From Octopus vulgaris (Eukaryota): 64,000 nucleotides of DNA. The notes beneath the pieces were generated by a model. The model was given only the letters and a program-made list of their open reading frames with translations, made no database searches and had not been told where the DNA came from. A program made the translations under genes and the position numbers. Position 1 is the first letter of the stretch. Every line of letters starts with the position of its first letter. The stretch lies in the NCBI GenBank assembly GCA_951406725.2, contig OX597836.1, positions 15,562,001 to 15,626,000 of the forward strand, read 5' to 3'. Below, piece by piece: positions 50,311 through 61,804 of the stretch.

Positions 50311-50792
50311 ACTTTTTTTTTTTTCTTTCAAATTTGCTTCCATTTCTTGCCGAGTGTCTTCCCGACTCCTAGGGCAAAGAAACTCATAGTATACATTGGT
50401 AGGCCATTAAACCAAACTCAATAGTTCGTTCATTTTTTTTTTTTTTTTAAAGTTAAATTAAAATACATGAGCAGCAACAGTTCTCACATCGACAATGCTC
50501 TTCTCAATACGTGTGATGTACCAGTTAAGACAATCTTTTGCACTTCTTGCAGAGATGGTAAGCCAGGGATCATTCTCATATAATTTTCGATTCCCTTCTT
50601 GATCATTCCTAGTGCTCCTACGATCACTGGTATTGTAACCGCCTTGAGATGCCACATTTTCTCAATTTCAATGAGTAGGTCTTTATATTTTCTGAGCTTG
50701 TCAAACTCTTTCGCTGAGATATTATGATCACAGGGGATGCTCATGTCGATCAATAAGCAAACTTTATTGTTTTGGTCTTTCACAACAATATC
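50311..50792 (-). mobile_element. 5'-truncated R4/Dong-like RLE retrotransposon inserted in (TAA)n
   Basis: DIVVKDQNNKVCLLIDMSIP...KLRKYKDLLIEIEKMW...IPVIVGALG is an RLE domain; A-rich 3' end; (TTA)n on both flanks. Confidence 0.85.
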
Positions 50793-50852
<60 letters not shown>

Positions 50853-50904
50853 GTCAAGACAAAGAGTACGATTCGATTGTAAGATATTTTATTAGTTGAA
50901 CGCT

Positions 50905-51226
50905 ATTTCAACAGTAAGTCTGTCTTTGTCAAGTTCAAAATAAGAAGTGATAAAAATTCAAAATTGCAGAAATTTAAACGTAAAGTATGAATGAGAGTGA
51001 CCAGTGTCCACACGTTGATGGAATGACATCATCAGTTTTTAAGTTACAATTTTATTACAGGCGAAAAGAAAAAGACAGGATTTGAAACTTAAAGACTGAT
51101 GATGTCATTCCATCAACGTGTGGACGCTGGTTGCCCTCGTTCATACTTTACGTTTAAATTTCTGCAATTTTGAATTTTTATCACTTCTTATTTTGAACTT
51201 GACAAAGACAGACATACTGTTGAAAT
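50905..51226. repeat. Long inverted repeat, ~140-bp arms
   Basis: tatttcaacagtaagtctgtctttgtc...catcagtttttaagtt versus aacttaaagactgatgatg...ctgttgaaata. Confidence 0.9.
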
Positions 51227-52146
51227 ATCATTTCAACTACTGTTTAAAATCACAAGGGGCTAAACACAGAGGGGACAAACAAGGACAGACAAACGGATTA
51301 AGTTGATTACATCGACCCCAGTGCGTAGCTGGTACTTAATTTATCAACCCTGAAAGGATGAAAGGCAAAGTCGACCTCGGCAGAATTTGAACTCAGAATG
51401 TAACTGCAGACAAAATACAGCTACACATTTCGCCTGGCGTGCTAACGTTTCTGCCAGCTCACCACCTTATTATCATTATCATTAGCATACTGGGAAAAAT
51501 GATTAGTGGCATTTCATCTATCTTTATGATCTTTTCGGGGTTAGTAAAATAAGTACCAGTTGCGTACTGGGGTTGATTTAATCCACTAGCCGCCATCTCC
51601 AGAACATGCTGGCTTTGTGCCAAAATTCGAAATCATTATTGTTATTATTTTGCCCATTGCTTAGAGGACGAAGGAGAGTAGTGCACATGACTATTTTTAG
51701 GGCCTTCAAGAATGGTGGTAACAGGTGGGGGGAAAAGGGGTATTTGGAAGGGAGAAAATTTGTCTGAAAGAAATTGTGCCAAATTCTTGCAGTAAAAATT
51801 TTGCTTGATCATGGGTCATTATGAAATAACTGGGGTGGTTGTTGTAGTAACAGAAATGGTAGAGCGTCAGAGTAAATATATTCTTGGCAGAATTTAGTCT
51901 TATTCCTCTTTTATCCAGGAATATTAATTTCACTAGGAGCCCTTTTTTGCTTTCTATACATCCACCTTTATCTTTCTCTCTCTGTCTTTACCTCTCCCAC
52001 TCTCTCTGTCCGTATCTCTCTCCCCATCTCTCTATCTCTGAGAGTGAACGCCAAATTTCTTTCATGTCCAAAAACAAATATGTATATGTTTTATAAAAGG
52101 AATAAATTCTAACACACGAGCATTTTTTAAATTTTATTTTATTTTA

Positions 52147-52377
52147 CAAACAATTGCAGCGTGGAAGGTGTTTATAAGCCATTTAAGAAACACACAAAAA
52201 CCGTTAGATTCACTGCAACATTAAAATTTAATTTGTCGAAATATTTTCATTGCTTTGAGACCGCGACCTGTTCACAAAAATATTTTGAAAAATTAAATTT
52301 AAATATTGAAGTGAATCTAATGGTTTTTGTGCCTTTCTTAAATGGCTTATAAACACCTTTCACGCTGCAATTGTTTT
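52147..52377. repeat. Inverted repeat, ~100-bp arms
   Basis: aaacaattgcagcgtggaaggtgtttataagcc... versus ...ggcttataaacacctttcacgctgcaattgttt. Confidence 0.9.
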
Positions 52378-52917
52378 CATTCCAGCACACGATCTCAGAT
52401 CAGGTCACTTGCTATGCAAGTACATCTCCATAATTTTATTTTATATTTTTTGAGGTATCGAGGGAAAGTCATCACACCAATATAACACACACACTGGTTC
52501 AATTCTACTCTTTTTCTTTATTATTAGTCAATTGGTTAAATATCCAACTTACTAATTTGTTTTATTTTTGTTTGTCAAAGGTTGCAAGTAGCAACAAAAG
52601 GTCTTTGACAAACAAAATCAAATCAAATTAGTTAGTTGAATATTTAACTAATTGACTAATTAGAAAGAACAAGAGTGGACTTGAACTAAAATGTGTGTTG
52701 ATTATATTGGCATAATGACTCTCACTAGACACAACAAAATTTGTTTCAACACACAAATTCACATAAAGAATCTTGCAAACCAGATACAAAAATGAAGTAT
52801 TTTTTGAGGATTACCCTTTATATAATGACATCAGGGTCAATTTCTTGGTAAGTTATTATTTGCGGTTAGAAAAACTCAGCCAATTTCCTCAAGAATATAT
52901 ATTATAATCAATAATTA

Positions 52918-53292
52918 GGCGCAGGAGTGGCTGTGTGGTAAGTAGCTTGTTTACTAACCACATGGTTCCGGGTTCAGTCCCACTGTGTGGCACCTTGGGC
53001 AAGTGTCTTCTACTATAGCCTTGGGCCGACCAAAGCCTTGTGAGTGGATTTGGTAGACGGAAACTGAAAGAAGCCCGTCATATATATGTGTTTGTGTGTC
53101 TGTGTTTGTTCCCCTAGCATTGCTTGACAACTGATGCTGGTGTGTTTATGTCCCCGTTACTTAGCGGTTCAGCAAAAGAGACCGATAGAATAAGTACTGG
53201 GCTTACAAAAGAAGAAGGCCCGGGGTCGAGTTGCTCGATTAAAAGCGGTGCTCCAGCATGGCTGCAGTCAAATGACTGAAACAAGTAAGAGT
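52918..53292 (+). mobile_element. SINE family A, full length
   Basis: Matches the consensus. Confidence 0.9.
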
Positions 53293-53309
53293 AGTGTTGT
53301 TTTATTTTA

Positions 53310-54134
53310 TCAAATTCGATGACTGGCATCCGTGTTTAGTGGAGCATTAAGACCACCATCCAAGCGTGATCGTTGCCAGAGCAACAAACTGGTTTCTGTG
53401 CCAGTGGTATGTAAAAAGCACCATTCGAGTGTGATCGTTACCAGCGTCGCCTTACTGGCACTTGTGCCAGAGGCATGCGAAAAAATATTCGAGCGAGGTC
53501 GTTGCCAGTGCCACTGGACTGGCTCCTGTGCAGGTGGCACGTAAAAAACACCATTTGAGCGTGGCTGTTGCCAGCACCACCTGACCTCGTGCAGGTGGCA
53601 CGTAAAAGCACCCACTATACTGCTAAACAGTGGCAGCCAGTTTATCAAAATTACTATTAAGTTATAGGTAGAAGTGTGTTACAATGTTAATAAACATGTT
53701 AGCACCATCCGACCATGATTGTTGCCAGAGCAGCTGACTGGCTTCTGTGCCAGTGGCACATAAAAAGCACCATTCGAGCATGATCATTACCAGCGTCACC
53801 TTACTGGCACTTGTGCAGGTGGCACATAAACAAAACATTTGAGCGAGGTCGTTGCCAGTGCTGCTGGACTGGTCTCCTGTACAGGTGGCACATAAAAAAC
53901 ACCATTTGAGCATGGCCGTTGCCAGTACCGCCTGACTGGCCCTCGTGCCAGTGGAATGTAAAAGCACCCACTACACTCTCAGAGTGGTTGGCGTTAGGAA
54001 GGGCATCCAGCTGTAGAAACTCTGCCAGATCAAGATTGGAGCCTGGTGCAGCCATCTGGTTCGCCAGTCCTCAGTCAAATCGTCCAACCCATGCTAGCAT
54101 GGAAAGCGGACGTTAAACGACAATGATGATGATG
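53310..54134 (+). mobile_element. Two RTE 3' UTR copies with diverged 60-bp units
   Basis: Same units as 24820-25110; (TGA)n tail at ~54120. Confidence 0.8.
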
Positions 54135-54809
54135 AATTTTCGTATTTACAAAGCTACAGTACAAATTTGTCCTATTTTGGAAACCGTTTAAGCCTAAGGT
54201 ACTACAAGGAGGAATTGAACCTGAGGTCTTAGGACTGTGATATAAACCTATTTAGCCATAGGTATATGTGTGTATGTGTATATTTAGCCATAGGTATTTG
54301 TGTATCGGTATATTTAGCCACAAGTATACGTGTGTATATGTGTTTCTACAAACACTTTGCCACTGTAATAACGAGTAATAAATAGGCAGAAATAAAGAAG
54401 AGATAATTAAGGCTAGAAATGTCATCGAAATATGAGATTCGTAATGATAATAAGTCTTCAATATCACATTTATTTCATCAAAAGTATGCCTAATCAAGGA
54501 AATAAATTAGTGTGTGTAGCTATCAGTGTGTGTGTATGTATGTATGTGTGGCCAACACCATTGGCTATCAGTGTGTGTACGTCACGCTATTTCCTATATG
54601 TATGTGTGATTGTAGGACATGACATATATATATATATAATACAAATGTTGTGTAATATTAATTTCAAATATGTTATAATTTAGCTCAGTTAAATTACTCC
54701 AAATAATTCTCACATATAAACATAAAATATTAATCTAAAAAGCATTTAAATGCTACAATCCATAAATTGTATAAGCCAAGAAAAAAGAGTTGTTTTTTTT
54801 TTAATGTTG

Positions 54810-54907
54810 TATCGCGGTCGATTATTTCTCCAGTAACTATTTCACTTGACACCGCCCACCATAATTCAGCGATAGAAACTTGACTCCAGCATCGAAATTT
54901 TGTGAGT
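54810..54907 (+). promoter_or_regulatory. Candidate WASH1 promoter and non-coding first exon
   Basis: Local CpG cluster (TCGCG, CCGCCC GC-box) in AT-rich DNA, ending at a |gtgagt donor (54902). The WASH coding exon starts at an acceptor, so an upstream UTR exon is needed. Confidence 0.45.
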
Positions 54908-55435
54908 GTTATTTTTTTAAAAACCTCTCTCCTCTTTATATATTTCTCTAATTTATTTAAACGCTGTCGAAATCAATTTAGAACATTTTAACGGGTTCCA
55001 CATTCTAGCCAGTGGTAACTGTTAACTTGTTTTTATATAACTTTCTGTTATGTATTTACCACTTTAAGCTTCAAGTTTCTCTTCTTACTAAAAACATTTC
55101 ACACACCCCTTTCGTTTCTTGTCGGGTTTATTACTCACAACCCCCCCCCCAAAAAAAAAAAAACATTTGCTGTTTAAAACACTGTAGTGTATTTTGTCGT
55201 TTTCCCTTTAAAAGTAGGATATTTTGAAATATTATTTTAATTTCCAATTACGGGTGATTTCGTTTGTGTGTGTGTTTATGTGTGTGTTATGTCTACAAAT
55301 TGGTTTTGGGGCGTTTAATTAATTGTTCCACAGATTTTTCATCGTGGATAAACAACAATCACGTGCAAAAGCATACATATATACGTATATATATATATGT
55401 ATGTATGTATGTACACACATATATACACACACATA

Positions 55436-55653
55436 CAGGGTGATTCAAAAGTGGCCATACATAGGAACAGTTTTTTTTTTATAAGAAACTGTTTATAAGA
55501 ACTGTTTTATTTATCTATTTATTTAACGGGCTCTATATGGTTACCATTGTTTTGAATACACATTGCAATACGTTTACCCCACTCATTGTGAACTCGTAAT
55601 AACACATCTGGTGATACCTGTTGTTGATACAGGGAGACTTTTGAATCACCTTG
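55436..55653. mobile_element. Tc1/mariner-type MITE
   Basis: TIRs cagggtgattcaaaagt / acttttgaatcaccttg. Confidence 0.72.
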
Positions 55654-56132
55654 TGTGTGTATATATATATATATATATAAAAATTAAAAATAAATAAAAC
55701 ATATGCATATATACATACATATATGTACGTACCTACCTCTACATGTATATATACATGCATACAGGACAGCAAAAAAAACGTCGAACACAAGGAGAAACGA
55801 AAACATAAACACAAAACCAAGGAAATGGACATTTTTTTAAACAACGAAAAAATAGAGTACAGGACATACAAAACAAGGAAAATTCCCCTTCTTCAGTCGC
55901 CTTAATTTCATCTACTCCACGTTTCGAAGGTCAAGGCGATACATGACTTCAATGAAATTTTCCTTCCCACGAAAATCAAATTAAATAAAATTTGAGATTT
56001 TTTTGCGGAGGGGTAAAAATGGTGACAAAAACAGGACAGTAACGACAGTACAAAATATAAACAGTAAAAGACAGGACACGGAGAATAACAGTAACACAAA
56101 CAAGAAGGGCTGTTAAGCCAAACGAGATAAAA

Positions 56133-56189
<57 letters not shown>

Positions 56190-56884
56190 CTGTGTGTGTG
56201 TGTCAAATAGATGTCGAGCCGATGGAGAGTCTTTTACGGTGGTCGTTCGATTTGGTAGAAATAGCTGCCGAATTTTGATCCCTAGTACATTGTGTTTAAA
56301 GAACAAAAATGAAGAAATGGCTATAGATGGGATGTGTTTCGTTCAGAGCTGACTTGGCTAAGCTACAGATAATGCGTACCTATATACGTAGAGATACATA
56401 CATCTGTATAAATGTGTGTAATTTCAAGTGCATTGTGTCCAGGGAAAACGTGGGGATGGTCATGGCTTGAATGCCTTTGGTCATAAGCTTGCTTCATCAG
56501 CATTGATGAAAGTTAAACACCAACATCAATGAAAACAAGCAAAATAATTTGGAAGGAGAATGTTTATTATGATAATTCTTTCTAGGCCAGGAATTTTGTG
56601 GGGAGTGGGATAATCAATTACACCCACCTACTCAGTGCTTAACTGATACTAATTTCATTGACTTATATAAAAGTACGTAAGACAAAATCGACCTTGATGG
56701 AATTTGAACTCAGAACATAAAGTTGGAGGGAATACCACTCAGCATATTGTTCAGTGTGCCAATGATTCTGCCTGCTTGCTGCCTTAATAATAATAATAAT
56801 GATAATCCTTTCTATTAAAGGCACAAGGCCTGAAATGTTGGTGAAGTGGGTAAGTCCATTACATCAACTCCTGTGCCCAATTTA

Positions 56885-57431
56885 TCTTAACCACTACACC
56901 ATAGGCCCATGGGTATATGGCGTAGTGGTTAAGAGTGTGGGATACTAACCCCAAGATTCCAAGTTCAATTTCAGGCAGTGACCTTAATTATAATAACATC
57001 AAAAAATACCTTAGGAATGAGAACCCAAGTTTGAAATTTCCCCAAGACACCTGATGAAGGCTGGAGGATATATCAGCCAAAACATTGTGTTAACAACAAA
57101 CAAGATGAGGTCAAATATCATTTAGCGTCTGCTTTTCATGCTAGCATGGGTTGGACGGTTCAACTGGGGTCTGTGAGGCCAGAAGGCTGCATCAGGCCCA
57201 GTCTGATCTGGCAGTGTTTCTACGGCTGGATGCCCTTCCTAACGCCAACCACTCCGTGAGTGTAGTGGGTGCTTTTTACGTGCCACCCGAAGCTGGCAAA
57301 CGGCCACGAACGGATGGTGCTTTTTACGTGCCACCGGCACGGGGGCCAGGTGAGGCTGGCAACAGACATGAGGTCAAATATAAATAATATAAATAATGTA
57401 CATAATTCCTCATCTCTTAAATATAGAACTG
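56885..57431 (+). mobile_element. tRNA-headed short element with Penelope-type hammerhead body, interrupted by an RTE 3' end (57118-57367)
   Basis: A-box tggcgtagtgg; B-box-like agttcaattt; decayed hammerhead at 57046-57091; inverted 5' duplication centred on ccatgg; the nested insertion has TSD atgaggtcaaatat. Confidence 0.72.
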
Positions 57432-57854
57432 TACCTGTACAGAAGTGGGTATCTTGCTGTAAAGGAGATGCATGGTGACCTCAGTTGGAAAATACAGAGG
57501 AGAGAAGGAAGATGGTGGTATCTCCTGTCACTCGTCATGACTGACTGTTCATGGCTTTGGTATGTCTTCATAAGCTTTCTCCCTACTGGTCAGTTTTCTG
57601 CTTTGGTTTGCCATTCACTGTGATGAATTCCTTTCCATTTTATATTCCTCTTTGCAGTGTCTTTGAAGTTTAGGTCTTCCCTGGTTTTTTTTCCCCTTTC
57701 CATCGTTTGGAGTAAAAGATTTGTCTGCAGGGTCTGCTGCTGTCCATCCTGTGTATGTGACCTAACCGACATTTTTATCAATGAAGGTTTCCATCATAGA
57801 CGGCAGGCCAGCATGCTGTAGGATGAACTAAAGAAAGATAGAATAAAGAAATGG

Positions 57855-58268
57855 TCAGCGAGCTGGCAGAAACGGTAGCACGCCGGACGAAATGCTTAGC
57901 GGTATTTCATCTACCGCTGTGTACTGAGTTCAAATTCTACCAAGGTCGACTTTGCCTTTCATCCTTTCGGGGTCAGTTAAATAAGTTCCAGTTATGCACT
58001 GGGGTCAATATAATCGACTTAATCCGTTTGTCTGTCCTTGTTTGTCCTCCGTGTTTAGCCCCTTGTGGGTAGTAAAGAAATAGGCATTTCGTCTGCTGTT
58101 ACATTATGAGTTCAAATTCCGCCGAGGTCGACTTTGCCTTTCATCCTTTCGGGGTCGATTCAGTAAGTACCAGTTACACACTGGGGTCGATGTAATCGAC
58201 TTAATCCCTTTGTCTGTCTTTGTTTGTCCCCACAATGTTTAGCCCCTGTGTGGGCAGTGAAGAAATAA
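57855..58268 (+). mobile_element. SINE family B dimer
   Basis: Full head plus second unit joined at aaagaaataggcatttcgtc. Confidence 0.88.
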
Positions 58269-58446
58269 GAAAGATAAAATAATATATTTAAAAAGAAATA
58301 TTTAACGAGGAAATTGTTTTAATTATCCAATAATTTTTTTTTCGTTTCAGATGAACTAAGAGAGCCACTGTTGCCTATTTTCCAGTTCCTACTTTAACAA
58401 ATTGACAAATGACATTTACCTCAACGAAGTGACATAGTCAACCAAT

Positions 58447-58967
58447 ATGTCTAACCAGATATATAACATTCCGACAATCCCTCCTGATTTGTGGCAGGAA
58501 GATACCATCATTCAAATTGCTGACACATTGCAGTACCTGTATCAAGTGACTGATGATATTTTCGACCGCATCAGCAACAAAGTCAACGACAACCTTCAGC
58601 GCCTGGACAAAGTAAACAACCGGGTCGGCATAGCGCAAGCCAAAGTCGAGAAGCTGAAGGGCAGCAACAAAGCGACCAGGGTGTTTGCTTCTGCCAAGTT
58701 TCCTTCCACTGAATACCTCGACGAATACAACAGCTTGTTCCGAGATAAACAGAATCTAAAAATCCTGAAGAAAACACACTCAAAGCTGCAGGGAAACAAA
58801 CACATCGTGGTCGACGAGAAAGTGCTGAAAGAGAAATTACAGTTCTACAATGTTCACATTAATTTGAAAAGTAAACAGCGTGAGGGTGAGGGTGAAGGAC
58901 TTGGTCGACTGCCCCACAACATTCCATCTATATCAACCCTACTGCTCTTTAATACTTCTGAAAATCT
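58447..58967 (+). CDS. WASHC1: WASH complex subunit 1, first coding exon (WAHD/WHD1 domain)
   Basis: MSNQIYNIPTIPPDLWQEDTIIQIADTLQYL...GSNKATRVFASAKFP...GLGRLP...LLLFNTSEN is the WASH N-terminal signature; CT|gtaagt donor; upstream acceptor at 58349-58350. Confidence 0.95.
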
Positions 58968-59030
58968 GTAAGTTATTGTATTATGTTGTTATTGTTTATG
59001 TTGAAGACATACAGTGGTGGTGGTGGTGGT

Positions 59031-59290
59031 GACCACCTTCGGTCAGACACTGACCATGGGTTTGCACCTAGAGAGTTACCCTCTGAGGCACAAGTCTGGG
59101 CAAGGTTGTTTTATGGAAGACCAGCAGTCGCCCATGCATACCGGCCTCCCCTCTCCATGTCACCGATGTCGTCCAAGGGAAACGCAAGGGCCGATACAGC
59201 TTGGCACCTGTGACGTCGCAACTTATTTCTACAGCTGAGTGTACTGGAGCAACGTGAAATAAAGTGTCTTGCTCAAGAACACAACACGTA
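59031..59290 (-). mobile_element. tRNA-derived SINE family E (inverted partner of 61805-62137)
   Basis: Reverse complement of the 61805 copy body. Confidence 0.85.
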
Positions 59291-60207
59291 GCTCAGTGGT
59301 TATCATCATCATTTAACATGTCTTATTTCTTTATTGCCCACAAGGGGCTAAACACAGAGGGGACTAACAAGGACAGACAAAGGGATTAAGGTAATTACTT
59401 CGACCCCAGTGCGTAACTGGTACTTAATTTACAGGCGGTGAGCTGGCAGACACGTTAACACGTCGGGCGAAATGCATAGCCGTATTTCGTCTGCCGTTAC
59501 GTTCTGAGTTCAAATTCCGCCGAGGTTGACTTTGCCTTTCATCCATTCGGGGTCGATAAATTAAGTACCAGTTACGCACTGGGGTCGATATAATCGACTT
59601 AATCCGTTTGTCTGTCCTTGTTTGTGCTCTCTGTGTTTAGCCCCTTGTGGGTAGTAAAGAAATAGGTACTTAATTTATCGACCCCAAAAGGATGAAAGGC
59701 AAAGTTGACCTCGGCGGAATTTGAAATACTGATTCGCATTTCGCCTGGCATGCTAACATTTCTGCCAGCTCGCCACCTTACATTTAACATTTCTGTTTCC
59801 CATGCTGCCGTGGTTTGGAAGGTTTGACAGGAGCGGGCCTGCTGCAGAGATGCCCAAGCTCCAGTTGTCTATTTTGGCATGGTTTCTATGACTGGATTCC
59901 TTTCCTAATGCCAACCACTTTACAGAGTGTGCTGGGTGCTTTTACACAGCACTGGCTTGAGTGCATTTATGTGCTACCTGTATGGGTGCCTTGTACGTGG
60001 GATTTTTTTTAATAGTTGTCAGAGGAAGAGAGTGACTGCATGTGATCTTTTTAGTATGTATCTGCTATTTACATTATTTACATTCAACAGATATTTGTCC
60101 TCACCTTGTTTGTATGTGGAGCTTACTACACTGTTGAAAAATGCTAAACCGTTGTACTACACATTATTTACAATTGACGGATATTTGTCCTCATCTTGTT
60201 TGTTGTT

Positions 60208-60253
60208 AACACAACGTTTCGGCTGATATACCCTCCAGCCGTCATCAGGTGTG
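60208..60253 (-). ncRNA. Minimal type-I hammerhead ribozyme, antisense copy
   Basis: cacac-CTGATGA-C-ggctg-gagggtatat-cagcc-GAAA-CGTT-gtgtt on the minus strand. Confidence 0.75.
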
Positions 60254-60333
60254 TTGGGGAAATTTCTAACCTGGGTTCTCATTCCTAAGGAAAATACCTT
60301 AGGAATGAGAACCCAGGTTCGAAATATCCCCAA

Positions 60334-60379
60334 GACACCTGATGAAGGCTGGAGAGTATATCAGCCGAAACGTTGTGTT
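60334..60379 (+). ncRNA. Minimal type-I hammerhead ribozyme (Penelope type)
   Basis: gacac-CTGATGA-A-ggctg-(10 nt)-cagcc-GAAA-CG-TT^gtgtt; palindromic AACGTT stem III; predicted cut after 60374. Confidence 0.8.
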
Positions 60380-60519
60380 AACAACAAACAAGATGAGGAC
60401 AAATATCCATGGAATGTAAATAATGTACATAATTCCTCATCTCTTAAATACAGAACTGTGTTTCTGCTATATTTTTATTGGAGCCTTTGACCCTTTTTGG
60501 AAGGGCCTATGTGATTATT

Positions 60520-60790
60520 AAGCAAAGCTTCTGTGACTTTTTTTAGCAAGGCCTCCATGAAATTTTGGCAAGAGTTCCCTGAGCTTTTTAACGAGCTCTC
60601 TGTAACGTTTTTTGCAAGGCTTCCAGTGATGTTTCAATAAAGCTCCAGTAACTTTTTAGAAGTGTCACCATGACCATTTTAGCAAGACCTCTCTGACCTT
60701 CTTAGCAAAATCTCTGTGGCCTTTTAAGTAAGGCATTTTTTTTGCAAAGCTTCTGTAACATTTTGAACAAGGCCACTGTGATGTTTTATC
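60520..60790. repeat. Degenerate ~26-32-bp minisatellite (agcaaagcttctgtgactttt)
   Basis: Direct reading. Confidence 0.7.
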
Positions 60791-61208
60791 AGAGCCCTAT
60801 TAGGGTTTGTACTGCGACTGTCAGCAGAAATGGAGAAGAAGAAACCCCAACAAGTTGCTACATCTGAAAGCAGTGCTTTAAAGTACTGAGTTCTCTTCAA
60901 GCACAGCTGTGCAGTTAAGGAATCCTCTTCGAAACCACATGCTTTCAGGTTCAGTCCCACTGCATGGCACCACAATTCAACACCATGCGATTTGGTGTTT
61001 AGTCCCACTATGTGGTACCTTGTACGAGTGTCTTCTTCTATAGCATCCAGCTGTAGAAGCAGTACTTTCTGAGTGAAGGCGTCGTTTCGGGCAAGGGAGA
61101 TTACTCTACTTATAACTTGTGTCAGCTTAACTCCCCTTGAAACTTTTAATACCATAGTTGTTGAAAAGTTCTTTTAGTTGCTCTGTTTTTGCCCAACCTC
61201 TGTAGTAT

Positions 61209-61447
61209 CCAATGTGTCTTTCAGATATAGTATATATTAGACTACATTATCCAATGTGTCCTTCAGACTTAATATATCTAGGACTACACTTTTCAATGTG
61301 TCCTTCAGGCATAGTATATCTAGGACTACACTATCTAATGTGTCCTTCAGACTTAATATATCTAGGACTGCACTTTTCAATATGTCCTTCAGACATGTCT
61401 AGGACTACACTATTCAATGCATCCTTCAGATATAGCGTGTCTAGGAC
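61209..61447. repeat. ~42-bp tandem repeat (aatgtgtccttcagacttaatatatctaggactacact...)
   Basis: About 6 diverged units. Confidence 0.85.
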
Positions 61448-61804
61448 TTTGACGCATTTTTGCCATTTTCTCTCGTTTCCAACTGTGGTAACCAAATACC
61501 TCCTCTACAGCAAGATACCTGTTTCTGGTCCTCTCAGCACCTGGCACCCAGCCACCTTCCTCAATATTAATCCCCCTCTTTCTGTTGGGGGGAATCTCAT
61601 CTTGCAAGTTACTTGGTTACCTCACTAGTGCTGGTGCCAACTAAACAACACTTAGTACACTCTATAAAGTGCTTAATGTTAAGAAGGGCATCCAGCTGTA
61701 GAAACCATGTCAAAGAAGATATTGGAGCTTGATGCAGCTCTGCTTGCTGGTTCCTGTTGACCTATTCAGCCCATAACAGTTTTTCTCAAAAATGCTAAGA
61801 GTAA

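Larger units (their letters stand above)
60161..60458. mobile_element. Fold-back copy of the hammerhead element (~130-bp arms)
   Basis: 60161-60290 is the reverse complement of ~60297-60426; same body as 57003-57117 plus 57382-57431. Confidence 0.88.

Noticed and set aside
55750-56130. Further hammerhead candidate on the minus strand (ctgaaga…; ccttcgaaacg)
   Set aside because: The core halves are in the wrong order and spacing for a hammerhead. It is probably a repeat relic, but not supportable as a ribozyme.
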